Virus record (IMG/VR): IMGVR_UViG_3300046658_000024
Span: 1-53,434 of that record
Origin: a virus
Lineage: Duplodnaviria; Caudoviricetes
Direction: 5' to 3' (one strand)
Length of the DNA stretch: 53,434 nt
Made by a program: the position numbers and the translations under genes. Position 1 is the stretch's first letter. Every line of letters begins with the position of its first letter. This document shows positions 45,043 through 53,434 of this stretch, in pieces. The notes beneath the pieces were generated by a model that made no database searches, had not been told where the DNA came from, and saw only the letters and a list, made by a program, of their open reading frames with translations.

Positions 45043-45329
45043 CGTCGCCAAAGAAGACTCCACCCACCGACTGGAACTGGCAGGGAGATGCTGCCTGCCA
45101 AGGCATGGATGTGGACCTGTTCTTCGCGCAGGACGGCGAACGGGAACGCGATCGCGGCCGCCGCCGAAACAGAGCTCTGGCCGTTTGCGCCCACTGCCCC
45201 CTGGCCACCAAGCAAGCCTGCCTCGAACACGCCCTGACCATGCCGGAGCACCAGGGGGTCTGGGGCGGCATGACCGAAGAAGAGCGCGAAACTGAACGGC
45301 GCAGTCGCAGGAAGAGGGCCGCCGCATGA
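45039..45329 (+). CDS. whiB: WhiB family transcription factor
   Basis: Four Cys (AAC, CAHCP, AC) and GVWGG. Confidence 0.92.
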   Translation: MTSPKKTPPTDWNWQGDAACQGMDVDLFFAQDGERERDRGRRRNRALAVCAHCPLATKQACLEHALTMPEHQGVWGGMTEEERETERRSRRKRAAA

Positions 45330-46186
45330 AACCTCTACCGCAGCACGGCACCCCTGCTCGCGCCAAAGGCCGATATCGGCGAGGCATCCCGCCTTGCCAC
45401 TGTGAGCCATGCCGGAAAGCTCTACGGCGCTACGACAAGAGACTCAGGTACCGCAACGCCAGCCCAGACCGGACGCCGCAAATCGATACCGCCCCAGTGG
45501 TCGAACACCTTCGACAGCTACGAGCGGCTCGCACAAGCTGGGATCACATCGAGAAAGCGTCGGGCTGCACATCATCAACCATTTACCGGGTTATGTACGA
45601 ACAAAAGAAAATGCATCGCGCTGTGGCGGAACGGATATTGGCGGTTCGTCCGGCAGAACTTGATCCTCAACAGCTGGTGCCTGCCATTGGATCTACTCGC
45701 CGCGTCAAGGCGCTCATCGCGATCAAGCACGGAAACAAAGACATTGCCGCCGAATCTGGTGTCTCGAAAGAAGTCATCAGCTATTTGGCCAATGACAGGC
45801 TAGAGAATGTTCGCGCGGATACGGCCGAGAAGATCCGGTACGGCTACGCCCGGTTGAGCATGCAGCCTGGCACGTCCTCTCGGTCCCTACAGCGCGCCAG
45901 TGTCGACTGCTGGCTGCCACCAGCTGCGTGGGATGACGACCTGATTGACCTGCCCGAGGAAGAGCTGCGCGCCGAATGTGCCCGCCGGGTCTCGCTCTGG
46001 AGCGATGGCGAGGTGAGCAGCGCCAGCTGCTCCTACTACAGCCATGGCGACAGGTCACCGTTGACGGTCGCAGGCAAGGTCGAGCACTACCGGAGGAAAG
46101 CCGCGAGGCAAGCTGCGGAAGAAGCAGCCCGGAAAGCCGCAGAAGAAGCCGCCACCCAAACCATTGAAGGAGCCCAAGCAGCATGA
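45326..46186 (+). CDS. HTH DNA-binding protein with CxCxxC motif
   Basis: HGT..CHCEPC, two HTH-like segments, PPAAWDDD. Confidence 0.75.
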   Translation: MKPLPQHGTPARAKGRYRRGIPPCHCEPCRKALRRYDKRLRYRNASPDRTPQIDTAPVVEHLRQLRAARTSWDHIEKASGCTSSTIYRVMYEQKKMHRAVAERILAVRPAELDPQQLVPAIGSTRRVKALIAIKHGNKDIAAESGVSKEVISYLANDRLENVRADTAEKIRYGYARLSMQPGTSSRSLQRASVDCWLPPAAWDDDLIDLPEEELRAECARRVSLWSDGEVSSASCSYYSHGDRSPLTVAGKVEHYRRKAARQAAEEAARKAAEEAATQTIEGAQAA

Positions 46187-46611
46187 CCCGCATCGACCTC
46201 ACCGTACCCGTAACCGGGTCTGACCTGCCGCGGCTCTTCCAACTCGTCCGACACACCGACGACACCGGGGTCTCAGACCCCGGCCACGTCGCCGACGGCG
46301 TCCTGTGGCCAGACGGAATCGTCACCGTCCACTGGCACCGCCACTCATCCCTCCTCACATCCCTCAGCTGCTGGATCAACCTCACCGAAGCCAAACGCCA
46401 CATCAAAGACGCCCAGATCATGTGGCTCGACGGCAACACCGCCGACTACCGGGCCGTGGCCGAACTCGAACTGCACGCCGCGACCCTCAACGCCTGGGCC
46501 AACAAACCCGACCAGCACGTCAGCCGGGAAGCCGCACTACGGGGCGCGGCCAAAGCCGCCGAAAGACGGGCCGCCGAACTCCGCAACCAGATGACTGGAG
46601 GTGAGCGGTGA
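46183..46611 (+). CDS. Hypothetical protein
   Basis: FQLVRHTDDTGVS..GHVADGVLWPDG conserved phage motif. Confidence 0.7.
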   Translation: MTRIDLTVPVTGSDLPRLFQLVRHTDDTGVSDPGHVADGVLWPDGIVTVHWHRHSSLLTSLSCWINLTEAKRHIKDAQIMWLDGNTADYRAVAELELHAATLNAWANKPDQHVSREAALRGAAKAAERRAAELRNQMTGGER

Positions 46612-47837
46612 AGCCAACCACCGGCCAGGCCGTCGTCATCCACGGCGACGCTCGACGTCTCCCGCTCGCAGACGGTTCGATCTCAAGCATCGTGTGCGAC
46701 CCGCCATACGAAATCGGGTTCATGGGCCGCACATGGGACTCCACTGGCGTGGCATACGACGTGGCTACCTGGCGTGAGGTGTATCGGGTGTTGAAGCCCG
46801 GCGGTCACCTTGTGGCGTTCGGCGGAACCCGCACGTACCACCGCATGGCCTGCGCGATCGAAGATGCCGGATTCGAGATCCGCGACTCCCTGCACTGGAT
46901 ATTCGGCAGCGGCTTCCCGAAGTCGCTCGACGTGTCCAAGGCGCTCGACAAGTCGGCCGGTGCCGAGCGCGAGGTGATCGACGAAGGCCCGTTTGCGGCT
47001 CGCCGGCCCCGGGCCGATCACGGCTCCCAGGGAATGACGTTCGCTGACGACTCGTACGTACGTCCGTCTGGGCACGCCATCACCGCTCCCGCAACCGACG
47101 CGGCCCGCCAGTGGGCAGGGTTCGGAACAGCGTTGAAACCGGCACACGAACCGATCGTTCTCGCCCGCAAGCCCCTGGCCGGCACGGTCGCGCAGAACGT
47201 CCTGACGCACGGCACAGGCGCGCTGAACATCGACAGGACGCGGATAGCACCAACCGGGGAGTCCCGCGTCCGCGTGGGTGAGGAGTCCCAAGAGCGCCGC
47301 TACACAGAGAAGGGCGGAACCAACTTCGCGGCGACGCCCGGCGTGCGCGGCGGATCTCCGGCGGGCCGCTGGCCGACGAACCTAGTCCTGTCGCACCCAT
47401 CCACCGAGGACGGCTACGACGCCTGCGCTGACGGGTGCGTGCCCTGGTGCCCGGTCGCGGAGATGGACCGGCAAAGCGCATCCCGGTTTTTCCCTGTTTT
47501 CCGATACCAGGCAAAGGCACCCACCCACGAGCGACCAAAGGGCGACAACGGAACAGGACACCCCACCGTCAAGCCCTTCGACCTGCTGACCTGGCTCGTC
47601 CAGCTCATCACCCCACCCGGCGGGATCGTCCTCGACCCGTTCGCCGGCACCGGCACGACCCTTCAGGCAGCCACCGCGCTGGGCCTGCCCTCGATCGGGA
47701 TCGAGCTCGACGCCGGCAACCTGCCGCTCATCACCCAGCGGCTACGGCGACGCCGCGTCGGCCGACCAGCACGGCCTCGTGTCAAGCCGATCACGGGCCA
47801 GGCCGACCTATTCGCCGAGGCTGGTGAAGCGTCATGA
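46608..47837 (+). CDS. DNA N6-adenine/N4-cytosine methyltransferase (beta class)
   Basis: DPPY near N-terminus; HPTVKP and LDPFAGTGTT near C-terminus. Confidence 0.92.
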   Translation: MKPTTGQAVVIHGDARRLPLADGSISSIVCDPPYEIGFMGRTWDSTGVAYDVATWREVYRVLKPGGHLVAFGGTRTYHRMACAIEDAGFEIRDSLHWIFGSGFPKSLDVSKALDKSAGAEREVIDEGPFAARRPRADHGSQGMTFADDSYVRPSGHAITAPATDAARQWAGFGTALKPAHEPIVLARKPLAGTVAQNVLTHGTGALNIDRTRIAPTGESRVRVGEESQERRYTEKGGTNFAATPGVRGGSPAGRWPTNLVLSHPSTEDGYDACADGCVPWCPVAEMDRQSASRFFPVFRYQAKAPTHERPKGDNGTGHPTVKPFDLLTWLVQLITPPGGIVLDPFAGTGTTLQAATALGLPSIGIELDAGNLPLITQRLRRRRVGRPARPRVKPITGQADLFAEAGEAS

Positions 47838-47896
47838 CCCGACCCCGTCTCTACATCCTCGTCACCGCGAGCCGGAAAGGTGATTCTTGTGCCTAG
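47834..47896 (+). pseudogene. N-terminal stub of a DUF2493/SLOG-like gene
   Basis: MTRPRLYILVTASR, then stop as GC drops at the HNH gene. Confidence 0.4.
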
Positions 47897-48581
47897 GCGT
47901 CGAACGATTGAGGAGGCGCGGAGTTTATTTACAGGGCCTCCAGATGGATGCTGGCACTTGCCAGAAGGCGCCGGAGGTCCTCATGGGAATGGCTATTTTC
48001 AGATCACCGTGTCTGGACGTCGTTGGTACGCACACAGGCTTGCGTACACGTTGCTAGTTGGACCGATTCCCGACGGCTTAGTACTAGACCACCTGTGTCA
48101 CACAAACGACCCGTCTTGCGTCGGTGGAGATTCCTGCATGCATCGTCGGTGCGTCAACCCCGCCCACCTAGAACCTGTGACGGACGCAACCAATGCACTT
48201 CGGGGGTTGGGTCCAACAGCCATGAACGCACGACGTGAGACCTGTTTGGAAGGTCACCCACTTGTTCCGCAGGGTAAAACAAGTTCTCGGTATTGTCCCA
48301 AATGCTCTCTTGCTCGGCGAATAGCAAAAGGTGAAACGAGCGGTAATGGGCATTGGCGCGACCGGACCCACTGTCCACAAGGTCACCCGTATGACGAAAA
48401 AAACACGTACATCAATCGTTACCCCGACGGAAGCCCGAGATGTCGTATGTGCCGAACATGTATGCGCGAACGTGCTGACCAGCGAAGAAGGGATGCCGGC
48501 ATCCCCACCCGACCGTGGAGGGCCGGATCCAACGGGGTCATACGGGCCGAGACTGTCGCGGTACAGGGGGAGCTGCTGTGA
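47880..48581 (+). CDS. HNH endonuclease
   Basis: CW, GYFQ, YAHR, LDHLC, RCVNPAHLEPVT..N, two TxC..GH zinc repeats; lower GC. Confidence 0.9.
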   Translation: MILVPRRRTIEEARSLFTGPPDGCWHLPEGAGGPHGNGYFQITVSGRRWYAHRLAYTLLVGPIPDGLVLDHLCHTNDPSCVGGDSCMHRRCVNPAHLEPVTDATNALRGLGPTAMNARRETCLEGHPLVPQGKTSSRYCPKCSLARRIAKGETSGNGHWRDRTHCPQGHPYDEKNTYINRYPDGSPRCRMCRTCMRERADQRRRDAGIPTRPWRAGSNGVIRAETVAVQGELL

Positions 48582-48826
48582 TTCGCTGCGACTACTCCGA
48601 CCTTCCGGTCAACCAATGCGCCCACTGCCTTGGTCACCAGAATCCCGAACAACAAGCCGCTGCCGATCGTACGGAACTGCTTACCCGGCCCTGCTGGATC
48701 CCCGCCCAATACCCCGGTACCTGCGCGACGTGCGGAGAGCACTTCGAACCCGGCACCCCCATCATCGGATCCCCGGCTGGTGGCTGGCGGGCCGAATGCT
48801 GCGCAGAACAGGGAGGGCTGCTGTGA
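48578..48826 (+). CDS. Cys-rich hypothetical protein
   Basis: DLPVNQCAHC, AQYPGTCATCGE. Confidence 0.7.
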   Translation: MIRCDYSDLPVNQCAHCLGHQNPEQQAAADRTELLTRPCWIPAQYPGTCATCGEHFEPGTPIIGSPAGGWRAECCAEQGGLL

Positions 48827-49803
48827 ACGCCCTCGTCACGCCTACCGCGGTCCAGATCGCGCCCCCTGGCCTAGAGCAGGAGGACCGGGAAACCTGGCTC
48901 AAGGTCCGCCAACAGGGCATCGGAAGCTCGGACGTGGCCGCAATCCTTGGCCTGTCGCCGTGGGAGAGCCCGTTCTCACTGTGGCACCGCAAGGCCGGCA
49001 ACATTCCGCCCAAGACTCAGAACCGGGGCATGCGTTGGGGCCGACTACTCGAAGAAGTCGTGTGCCAGGAATGGGTCGCACGTCGGCCTGAGATGTCCAT
49101 CAGGTACGCCGGAACCCTGGCCCACGTTGACCGCCCATGGCAGTTGGCCAACCCCGACCGGTTCGCCTTCCAGACCGGCAGCACGGGGACGGCCGAGGAA
49201 ATCGTCGAAGCCAAGACGGACTACCGCAGCGACGTGTGGGGGCCGGACGGGTCAGACGAGATCCCTATTTACTACCGGGCACAGGTCATGTGGCAGATGG
49301 ACGTAACCGGGATCCGCATCACCAACATTCCGGTGCTGATCTCAGGCTCAGACTTCCGCCAGTACCGGATCGAGTACGACACGAAAGAGGCCACGTTCAT
49401 CCGTGAGCGGGCTGAGGAGTTCCAAGCCTCGATCCTGGCCGGCAAGGCACCCAAGCTCGATGACTCCCTGTACACCGCCCAGGCGTTGAGGCAGCTACAC
49501 CCGACGGTGGAAGACATCAACGTCGAGATCCCGGTGACGCTGGCTATCGCCTACGACGACGCCTGCCAGCAGTACGCCAAGGCTGTGAAGGCTAAGCAGC
49601 AGGCCACGAACGAGATGCTCGCCGCCATCGGTACTGGTCGCGGCGCTACCTGCGACAACCACCTGATCGCAACCCGGATCGTCTACGACGAAACCCGAGT
49701 GGACGTGAAGCGGCTCAAGGTCGAGCGCGGCGACGACATCGCCGACTACCTCGACACCACAACCAAAGTCCAACTCCGACCCGCACAGAAACTAGGGGAA
49801 TAG
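48823..49803 (+). CDS. YqaJ/RecE-like exonuclease
   Basis: WLKVRQQGIGSSD, ANPDR, EAKT, YYRAQVMWQM. Confidence 0.92.
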   Translation: MNALVTPTAVQIAPPGLEQEDRETWLKVRQQGIGSSDVAAILGLSPWESPFSLWHRKAGNIPPKTQNRGMRWGRLLEEVVCQEWVARRPEMSIRYAGTLAHVDRPWQLANPDRFAFQTGSTGTAEEIVEAKTDYRSDVWGPDGSDEIPIYYRAQVMWQMDVTGIRITNIPVLISGSDFRQYRIEYDTKEATFIRERAEEFQASILAGKAPKLDDSLYTAQALRQLHPTVEDINVEIPVTLAIAYDDACQQYAKAVKAKQQATNEMLAAIGTGRGATCDNHLIATRIVYDETRVDVKRLKVERGDDIADYLDTTTKVQLRPAQKLGE

Positions 49804-49805
49804 GT

Positions 49806-50702
49806 ATGCCAGCCCAGAGCGTCACCAATGCTGTAGCCGTTCGAGACAACGGCCCCGGCGCCCTCATCGAGCACTACCGTGCCGACTTCACCGCCGTACT
49901 GCCGTCCCACGTCAAGCCTGAGACTTGGGTCCGGCTGGCAACCGGCGCGCTGCGTCGTGACCCGAAGGTCGCCGAAGCCGCCGCCAATAACACCGGGGCT
50001 TTCCTGGGGGCCCTCCTGACCGCCGCCCGGCTCGGGTTGGAGCCCGGTACGGAGCAGTTCTACCTGGTTCCGCAGTCGCCCAGAGCAAACGCGCCCAAGG
50101 AAATCATGGGTGTCACTGGATACCAGGGCCTCGTCGAGCTGATGTACCGGGCAGGCGCCGTGTCTTCAGTCATCGTGGAGTGCGTCTACTCGGGAGATGG
50201 GTTCTCCTACGTGCCCGGCCGGGACGAGCGGCCGGTCCACGAGATCGACTGGGACGCCGAGAACCGGGGCGCTCTCCGTCTGGTCTACGCGTACGCAGTG
50301 ATGAAGGACGGCGCCACATCCAAGGTCGTCGTGCTGAACAAGTCCGACATTGCCCGCATTCGGGAATCGTCTCGCAGCGCGAAGAGTGACTACTCACCGT
50401 GGAACAAGCACGAGTCATCCATGTGGATGAAGTCCGCAGCCCGCCAGCTCGCCAAGTGGGTCCCCACCTCGGCCGAGTACATGCGGGAGCGGCTCCGGGC
50501 TGCCGCCGAGGTCGCGGGTGAACAGCGGCCAGGCGTCTCCAGTGGGCTGTCCTCGCCGAATGGTGTGCCAGTTGGTGACGCGGTTGAAGGCGAGCTGATG
50601 GACGCCGACGAACCGCACCCGTTCGCGCAGCAGCAGGAAAGTGACCGGTGCGCTCGGTGTGGCGGTTTCGCCGACGACGACATTCACAGGGGTGCCGCAT
50701 GA
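49806..50702 (+). CDS. recT: RecT-like single-strand annealing protein
   Basis: LGLEPG..YLVP, GYQGLVEL.YR, SPW..H..SMW.KS. Confidence 0.92.
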   Translation: MPAQSVTNAVAVRDNGPGALIEHYRADFTAVLPSHVKPETWVRLATGALRRDPKVAEAAANNTGAFLGALLTAARLGLEPGTEQFYLVPQSPRANAPKEIMGVTGYQGLVELMYRAGAVSSVIVECVYSGDGFSYVPGRDERPVHEIDWDAENRGALRLVYAYAVMKDGATSKVVVLNKSDIARIRESSRSAKSDYSPWNKHESSMWMKSAARQLAKWVPTSAEYMRERLRAAAEVAGEQRPGVSSGLSSPNGVPVGDAVEGELMDADEPHPFAQQQESDRCARCGGFADDDIHRGAA

Positions 50703-50757
50703 CGGCCTGAAGGGCGACTGAACGGCACACGACAACGGCACACGAGAGGAGCCCGCG

Positions 50758-51012
50758 ATGGAGCGGAAACAGGTTGACGCAAGAACGCGTCAGAGCCAGC
50801 GCGGGCAAGGGGGAAAAGGTAGGATGAAGCAGACAACTAAAAAAAGCGGGCCCGATCAGGTGGTGGAACACCTGCCGGGCCCTTGCGACCGGACCGTCCT
50901 AGAAGGGCCCGACGCCATGTTCCACGTTAGTGGGTGTACGCCCACACTGACCACCCGCACGACCATATGCCGCGTAACTGACCGTAGAGACTACTCCGGC
51001 GGTGCGCGATGA
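50758..51012 (+). CDS. Uncertain hypothetical protein
   Basis: SD GAGGAG and ATGA coupling to the next gene, but atypical composition. Confidence 0.35.
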   Translation: MERKQVDARTRQSQRGQGGKGRMKQTTKKSGPDQVVEHLPGPCDRTVLEGPDAMFHVSGCTPTLTTRTTICRVTDRRDYSGGAR

Positions 51013-51458
51013 CCCCCGTTGAGCTGGTCATCTGTCGCGGCCTACCTGCCAGCGGTAAGAGCACGTGGGCACTCCAGTGGATCGCTGAGGACCGCGCCAG
51101 CAGGGCCCGCGTCAACCGCGACCAGCTCCGGCTGATGGTCGACGGCGGATGGATCGGCAGCCGCGAAGTCGAGGACCGCATCACCACGGTTCAGGTGGCC
51201 GCGATCCTGGCTCTACTCAAGCAGCGCATCTCGGTCGTCGTCGACGAAACCAACCTGTCCGGACGGACCCTGGTGATGCTGAAGGGGCTGGCCAGGCAGG
51301 GGCGGGCGACGTGGCGGGTGCAGGACTTCACGCACGTCGGCCTGGAGGAGTGCATCCGCCGGGATGCCGCCAGGACCGGACACGAGCACGTCGGCGAGCA
51401 GGTCATCCGCGGCATGCACGAGCGGCACATGGTGGCCGCGGGCGGTGATGCCGCATGA
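51009..51458 (+). CDS. P-loop kinase (polynucleotide kinase-like, AAA_33)
   Basis: GLPASGKST, VNRDQLR, VVVDETN, ECIRRDAAR. Confidence 0.9.
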   Translation: MTPVELVICRGLPASGKSTWALQWIAEDRASRARVNRDQLRLMVDGGWIGSREVEDRITTVQVAAILALLKQRISVVVDETNLSGRTLVMLKGLARQGRATWRVQDFTHVGLEECIRRDAARTGHEHVGEQVIRGMHERHMVAAGGDAA

Positions 51459-52513
51459 CGCGCATCGGCTCGCTCTGTACGGGTTACGGCGGCCTAGACC
51501 AAGGCGTCCAAGCCGTACTCGGCGGAACCGTCACCTGGCACGCGGAGATCGACCCTGACGCGTCCCGGGTGCTCGCCCACCACTACCCCGACGTGGTCAA
51601 CCACGGGGATTTGACGGCCGCGGACTGGTCGCAGGTCGAGCCCGTCGACATCCTCACGGCCGGTTTCCCGTGCCAGCCGGTATCCATGGCCGGACGCAGG
51701 AAAGGGACCTCGGATGAACGCTGGCTCTGGGAACACATTGAGGCCGCTATTGGCCGAATGGACCCACAGCCCGGGCTGCTGCTGCTCGAAAACGTCCCTG
51801 GGTTGCTCACTGCAAACCACGGGAACGCTTTTGCCCGAGTCATTCACGGCTTGGCCGCGCTCGGGTACGTGGGGTCCTACCGGACTGTACGAGCATCCGA
51901 CGTCGGCGCCCCCCACCGTCGTGAACGGATCTTCATCGTTGCTCGCGACACCCACGGCATGGCTCGGAGCACGCGAAGTGCACAGCCATGGGGATCCCAA
52001 CCGGTGGACGAACCCGGAACGCTCGAACGAACTGTCGGATCAAATCGCACACATGCTCCTTCCCACCCCGGCGGCCAGGGACTGGAAATCGGGCCAGTCG
52101 AACATCATGGACCGGAACGCCAGGCCGCTGAACGAGGTCGTGGTGAACCTCCTGCCCACACCCCGGGCGACGGACGGAACCAAGGGTGGGCCGAATCAGC
52201 GGGGATCCTCTGGGGACCTGATGCTCCCTTCGGCGGTGATGTCGATTGGGGACTCTACGGCCCCGCGATCGATCGCTGGGAACACGCCACCGGTCGACCT
52301 GCTCCAGCTCCTACAGAGCCAGGAAGCCGAGGACGAGACCGCCTGAGCCCCCGCTTCGTCGAGTGGCTTATGGGGCTGCCGGACGGGTGGGTCACCGCCG
52401 TACCCGGCCTTTCCCGCAACGCCAAGTTGCGGATTCTCGGAAACGGTGTCGTGCCGCGGCAATCCGCCTACGCGCTGTCCCTACTACTCGATCGAGAAGG
52501 GATGGCCGCATGA
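51455..52513 (+). CDS. DNA cytosine-C5 methyltransferase
   Basis: SLCTGYGG, GFPCQ, ENV, PHRRERIF, EWLMG, LGNGVVP. Confidence 0.92.
   Translation: MTRIGSLCTGYGGLDQGVQAVLGGTVTWHAEIDPDASRVLAHHYPDVVNHGDLTAADWSQVEPVDILTAGFPCQPVSMAGRRKGTSDERWLWEHIEAAIGRMDPQPGLLLLENVPGLLTANHGNAFARVIHGLAALGYVGSYRTVRASDVGAPHRRERIFIVARDTHGMARSTRSAQPWGSQPVDEPGTLERTVGSNRTHAPSHPGGQGLEIGPVEHHGPERQAAERGRGEPPAHTPGDGRNQGWAESAGILWGPDAPFGGDVDWGLYGPAIDRWEHATGRPAPAPTEPGSRGRDRLSPRFVEWLMGLPDGWVTAVPGLSRNAKLRILGNGVVPRQSAYALSLLLDREGMAA
51714..52346 (+). CDS. Nested +1-frame ORF, probable second methyltransferase subunit
   Basis: 210 aa; WPRSG, three LL(A/P)TP repeats, overlapping the motif-free middle of the C5 MTase. Confidence 0.7.
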   Translation: MNAGSGNTLRPLLAEWTHSPGCCCSKTSLGCSLQTTGTLLPESFTAWPRSGTWGPTGLYEHPTSAPPTVVNGSSSLLATPTAWLGAREVHSHGDPNRWTNPERSNELSDQIAHMLLPTPAARDWKSGQSNIMDRNARPLNEVVVNLLPTPRATDGTKGGPNQRGSSGDLMLPSAVMSIGDSTAPRSIAGNTPPVDLLQLLQSQEAEDETA

Positions 52514-52710
52514 CGCCCCCCACTGGCCGCTGCGCCGCCGGAGCCACCCCGTGCGGAGCCCCAGCGCGGCTGTACCTACAGGGCTGGCGCTGCCCCACAC
52601 ACAAGCCCGAACCCAAGCCGCTGACCGAACAGCAGCAGGCGCGGGGAGTACGGCACGCGGCGATCCACGAGTGCGGATGCTGCCCGGCTGAGCAGAGGAG
52701 GGCGGCGTAG
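52510..52710 (+). CDS. Small Cys-containing protein
   Basis: CGAPARLYLQGWRCPTH. Confidence 0.65.
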   Translation: MTPPTGRCAAGATPCGAPARLYLQGWRCPTHKPEPKPLTEQQQARGVRHAAIHECGCCPAEQRRAA

Positions 52711-53198
52711 TGGGCCGGTTCAAGGTGGACAGCAGCTTCCACGCCCACCCAAAGGTTCTTGCTGCCGACATCAGCGCAATAGGGCTCTACGCCCGATGCG
52801 GCTCATACGCAGCACAACATCTAACCGACGGGTTCATCCCGCGGGATGTCGCGCTCACGTACGGAGACGCCGAACAGGTCGCATCTCTAGTGGCCGCCGG
52901 ACTGTGGGTGCCGACGCGAAGTGGATGGCGAATGCCCAAACGGATCTCCTCCATACCTGGAGGAAGAACAAAGATCCTCTGGTCTGCCGAGCGGGACGAC
53001 TGCCGCCAGCCCATCCCGCCGGAGCTTCGCGAGTTCGTCTTTAGGCGAGACGGCAACCGCTGCGGTGAGTGTGGAACCACGGACGACCTCACGCTCGACC
53101 ACGTCCACCCATGGTCCCTAGGAGGACCGGACACTCCCGAGAACTTGCAGACCCTCTGTCGGTCCTGCAACAGCCGGAAAGGAGCACGCACCCAGTGA
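52710..53198 (+). CDS. HNH endonuclease fused to a replication-protein-like N-terminus
   Basis: FKVD..HPKV..LTDGFIP N-domain; RDGNRCGECG, DHVHPWSLGG, NLQTLCRSCN. Confidence 0.85.
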   Translation: MGRFKVDSSFHAHPKVLAADISAIGLYARCGSYAAQHLTDGFIPRDVALTYGDAEQVASLVAAGLWVPTRSGWRMPKRISSIPGGRTKILWSAERDDCRQPIPPELREFVFRRDGNRCGECGTTDDLTLDHVHPWSLGGPDTPENLQTLCRSCNSRKGARTQ

Positions 53199-53434
53199 GC
53201 AGCGGCGAGATCTATGTTCAACTCGCGGTCGATTTTGCAGACGACCCGAAGGTACGAGCGCTCGCCAAGTACGGGAAAACGTCGCGAAGCGCGCGGGACC
53301 TTTACGTGCAGATGCTCTGCTACTGCAAGCGAACGCTCTCTGACGGGTTCGTACCAGACGAGCAAATCGGCATTCTCGTGTACCCCGATCCGCCCAGGTT
53401 GGGCAACCAGGACGCGCAGAGACTGGCCGACGTC
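53195..53434 (+). CDS. Replication initiator-like protein (5' partial)
   Basis: GTG with SD AAGGAG; YVQLAVDFADDPKV..LSDGFVP; runs off the window end. Confidence 0.65.
   Translation, partial: MSSGEIYVQLAVDFADDPKVRALAKYGKTSRSARDLYVQMLCYCKRTLSDGFVPDEQIGILVYPDPPRLGNQDAQRLADV

Noticed and set aside
48331-48822. N-terminal extension of the exonuclease
   Set aside because: Overlaps the HNH and the 48578 gene; GTG 48823 is translationally coupled and motifs start after it
50721-50745. 12-bp tandem repeat AACGGCACACGA
   Set aside because: Only two copies and no supporting context
1-53434. Integrated prophage with host flanks, retroelement/DGR, or known defence systems
   Set aside because: No host housekeeping genes, attP appears intact, and no reverse transcriptase or recognisable defence gene motifs were seen

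Overview
High-GC window holding most of a temperate actinobacteriophage (siphovirus). It runs from the terminase small subunit through head, tail and lysis genes (69-21720), then an accessory region (21863-37930), a large serine integrase with an apparently intact attP (38041-39539), an immunity switch (40026-40894), and early/recombination/methylation/replication genes that continue off the right end. Three things stand out. (1) The phage carries a ~7.4-kb module resembling the transfer region of actinomycete integrative/conjugative elements and plasmids: an FtsK/SpoIIIE translocase, a DUF2637 Spd-like protein, several membrane microproteins, a UTRA-domain Kor-like regulator and candidate clt repeats. 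This suggests a prophage that may also move by TraB-type conjugation. (2) The amidase endolysin ends in a perfect G_GGA_AAC slippery heptamer plus hairpin whose -1 frame continues into a start-less GH73 glucosaminidase, and it also has a candidate internal start, predicting several lysin isoforms from one locus. (3) attP is a 78-bp palindrome that overlaps the integrase start codon. Also present: the classical tail-chaperone frameshift, a dual-coded C5 methyltransferase, a frame-split Rep-like gene with iterons, and several repeat-delimited micro-ORF arrays. All family assignments come from motif recognition by eye; no database search was run.
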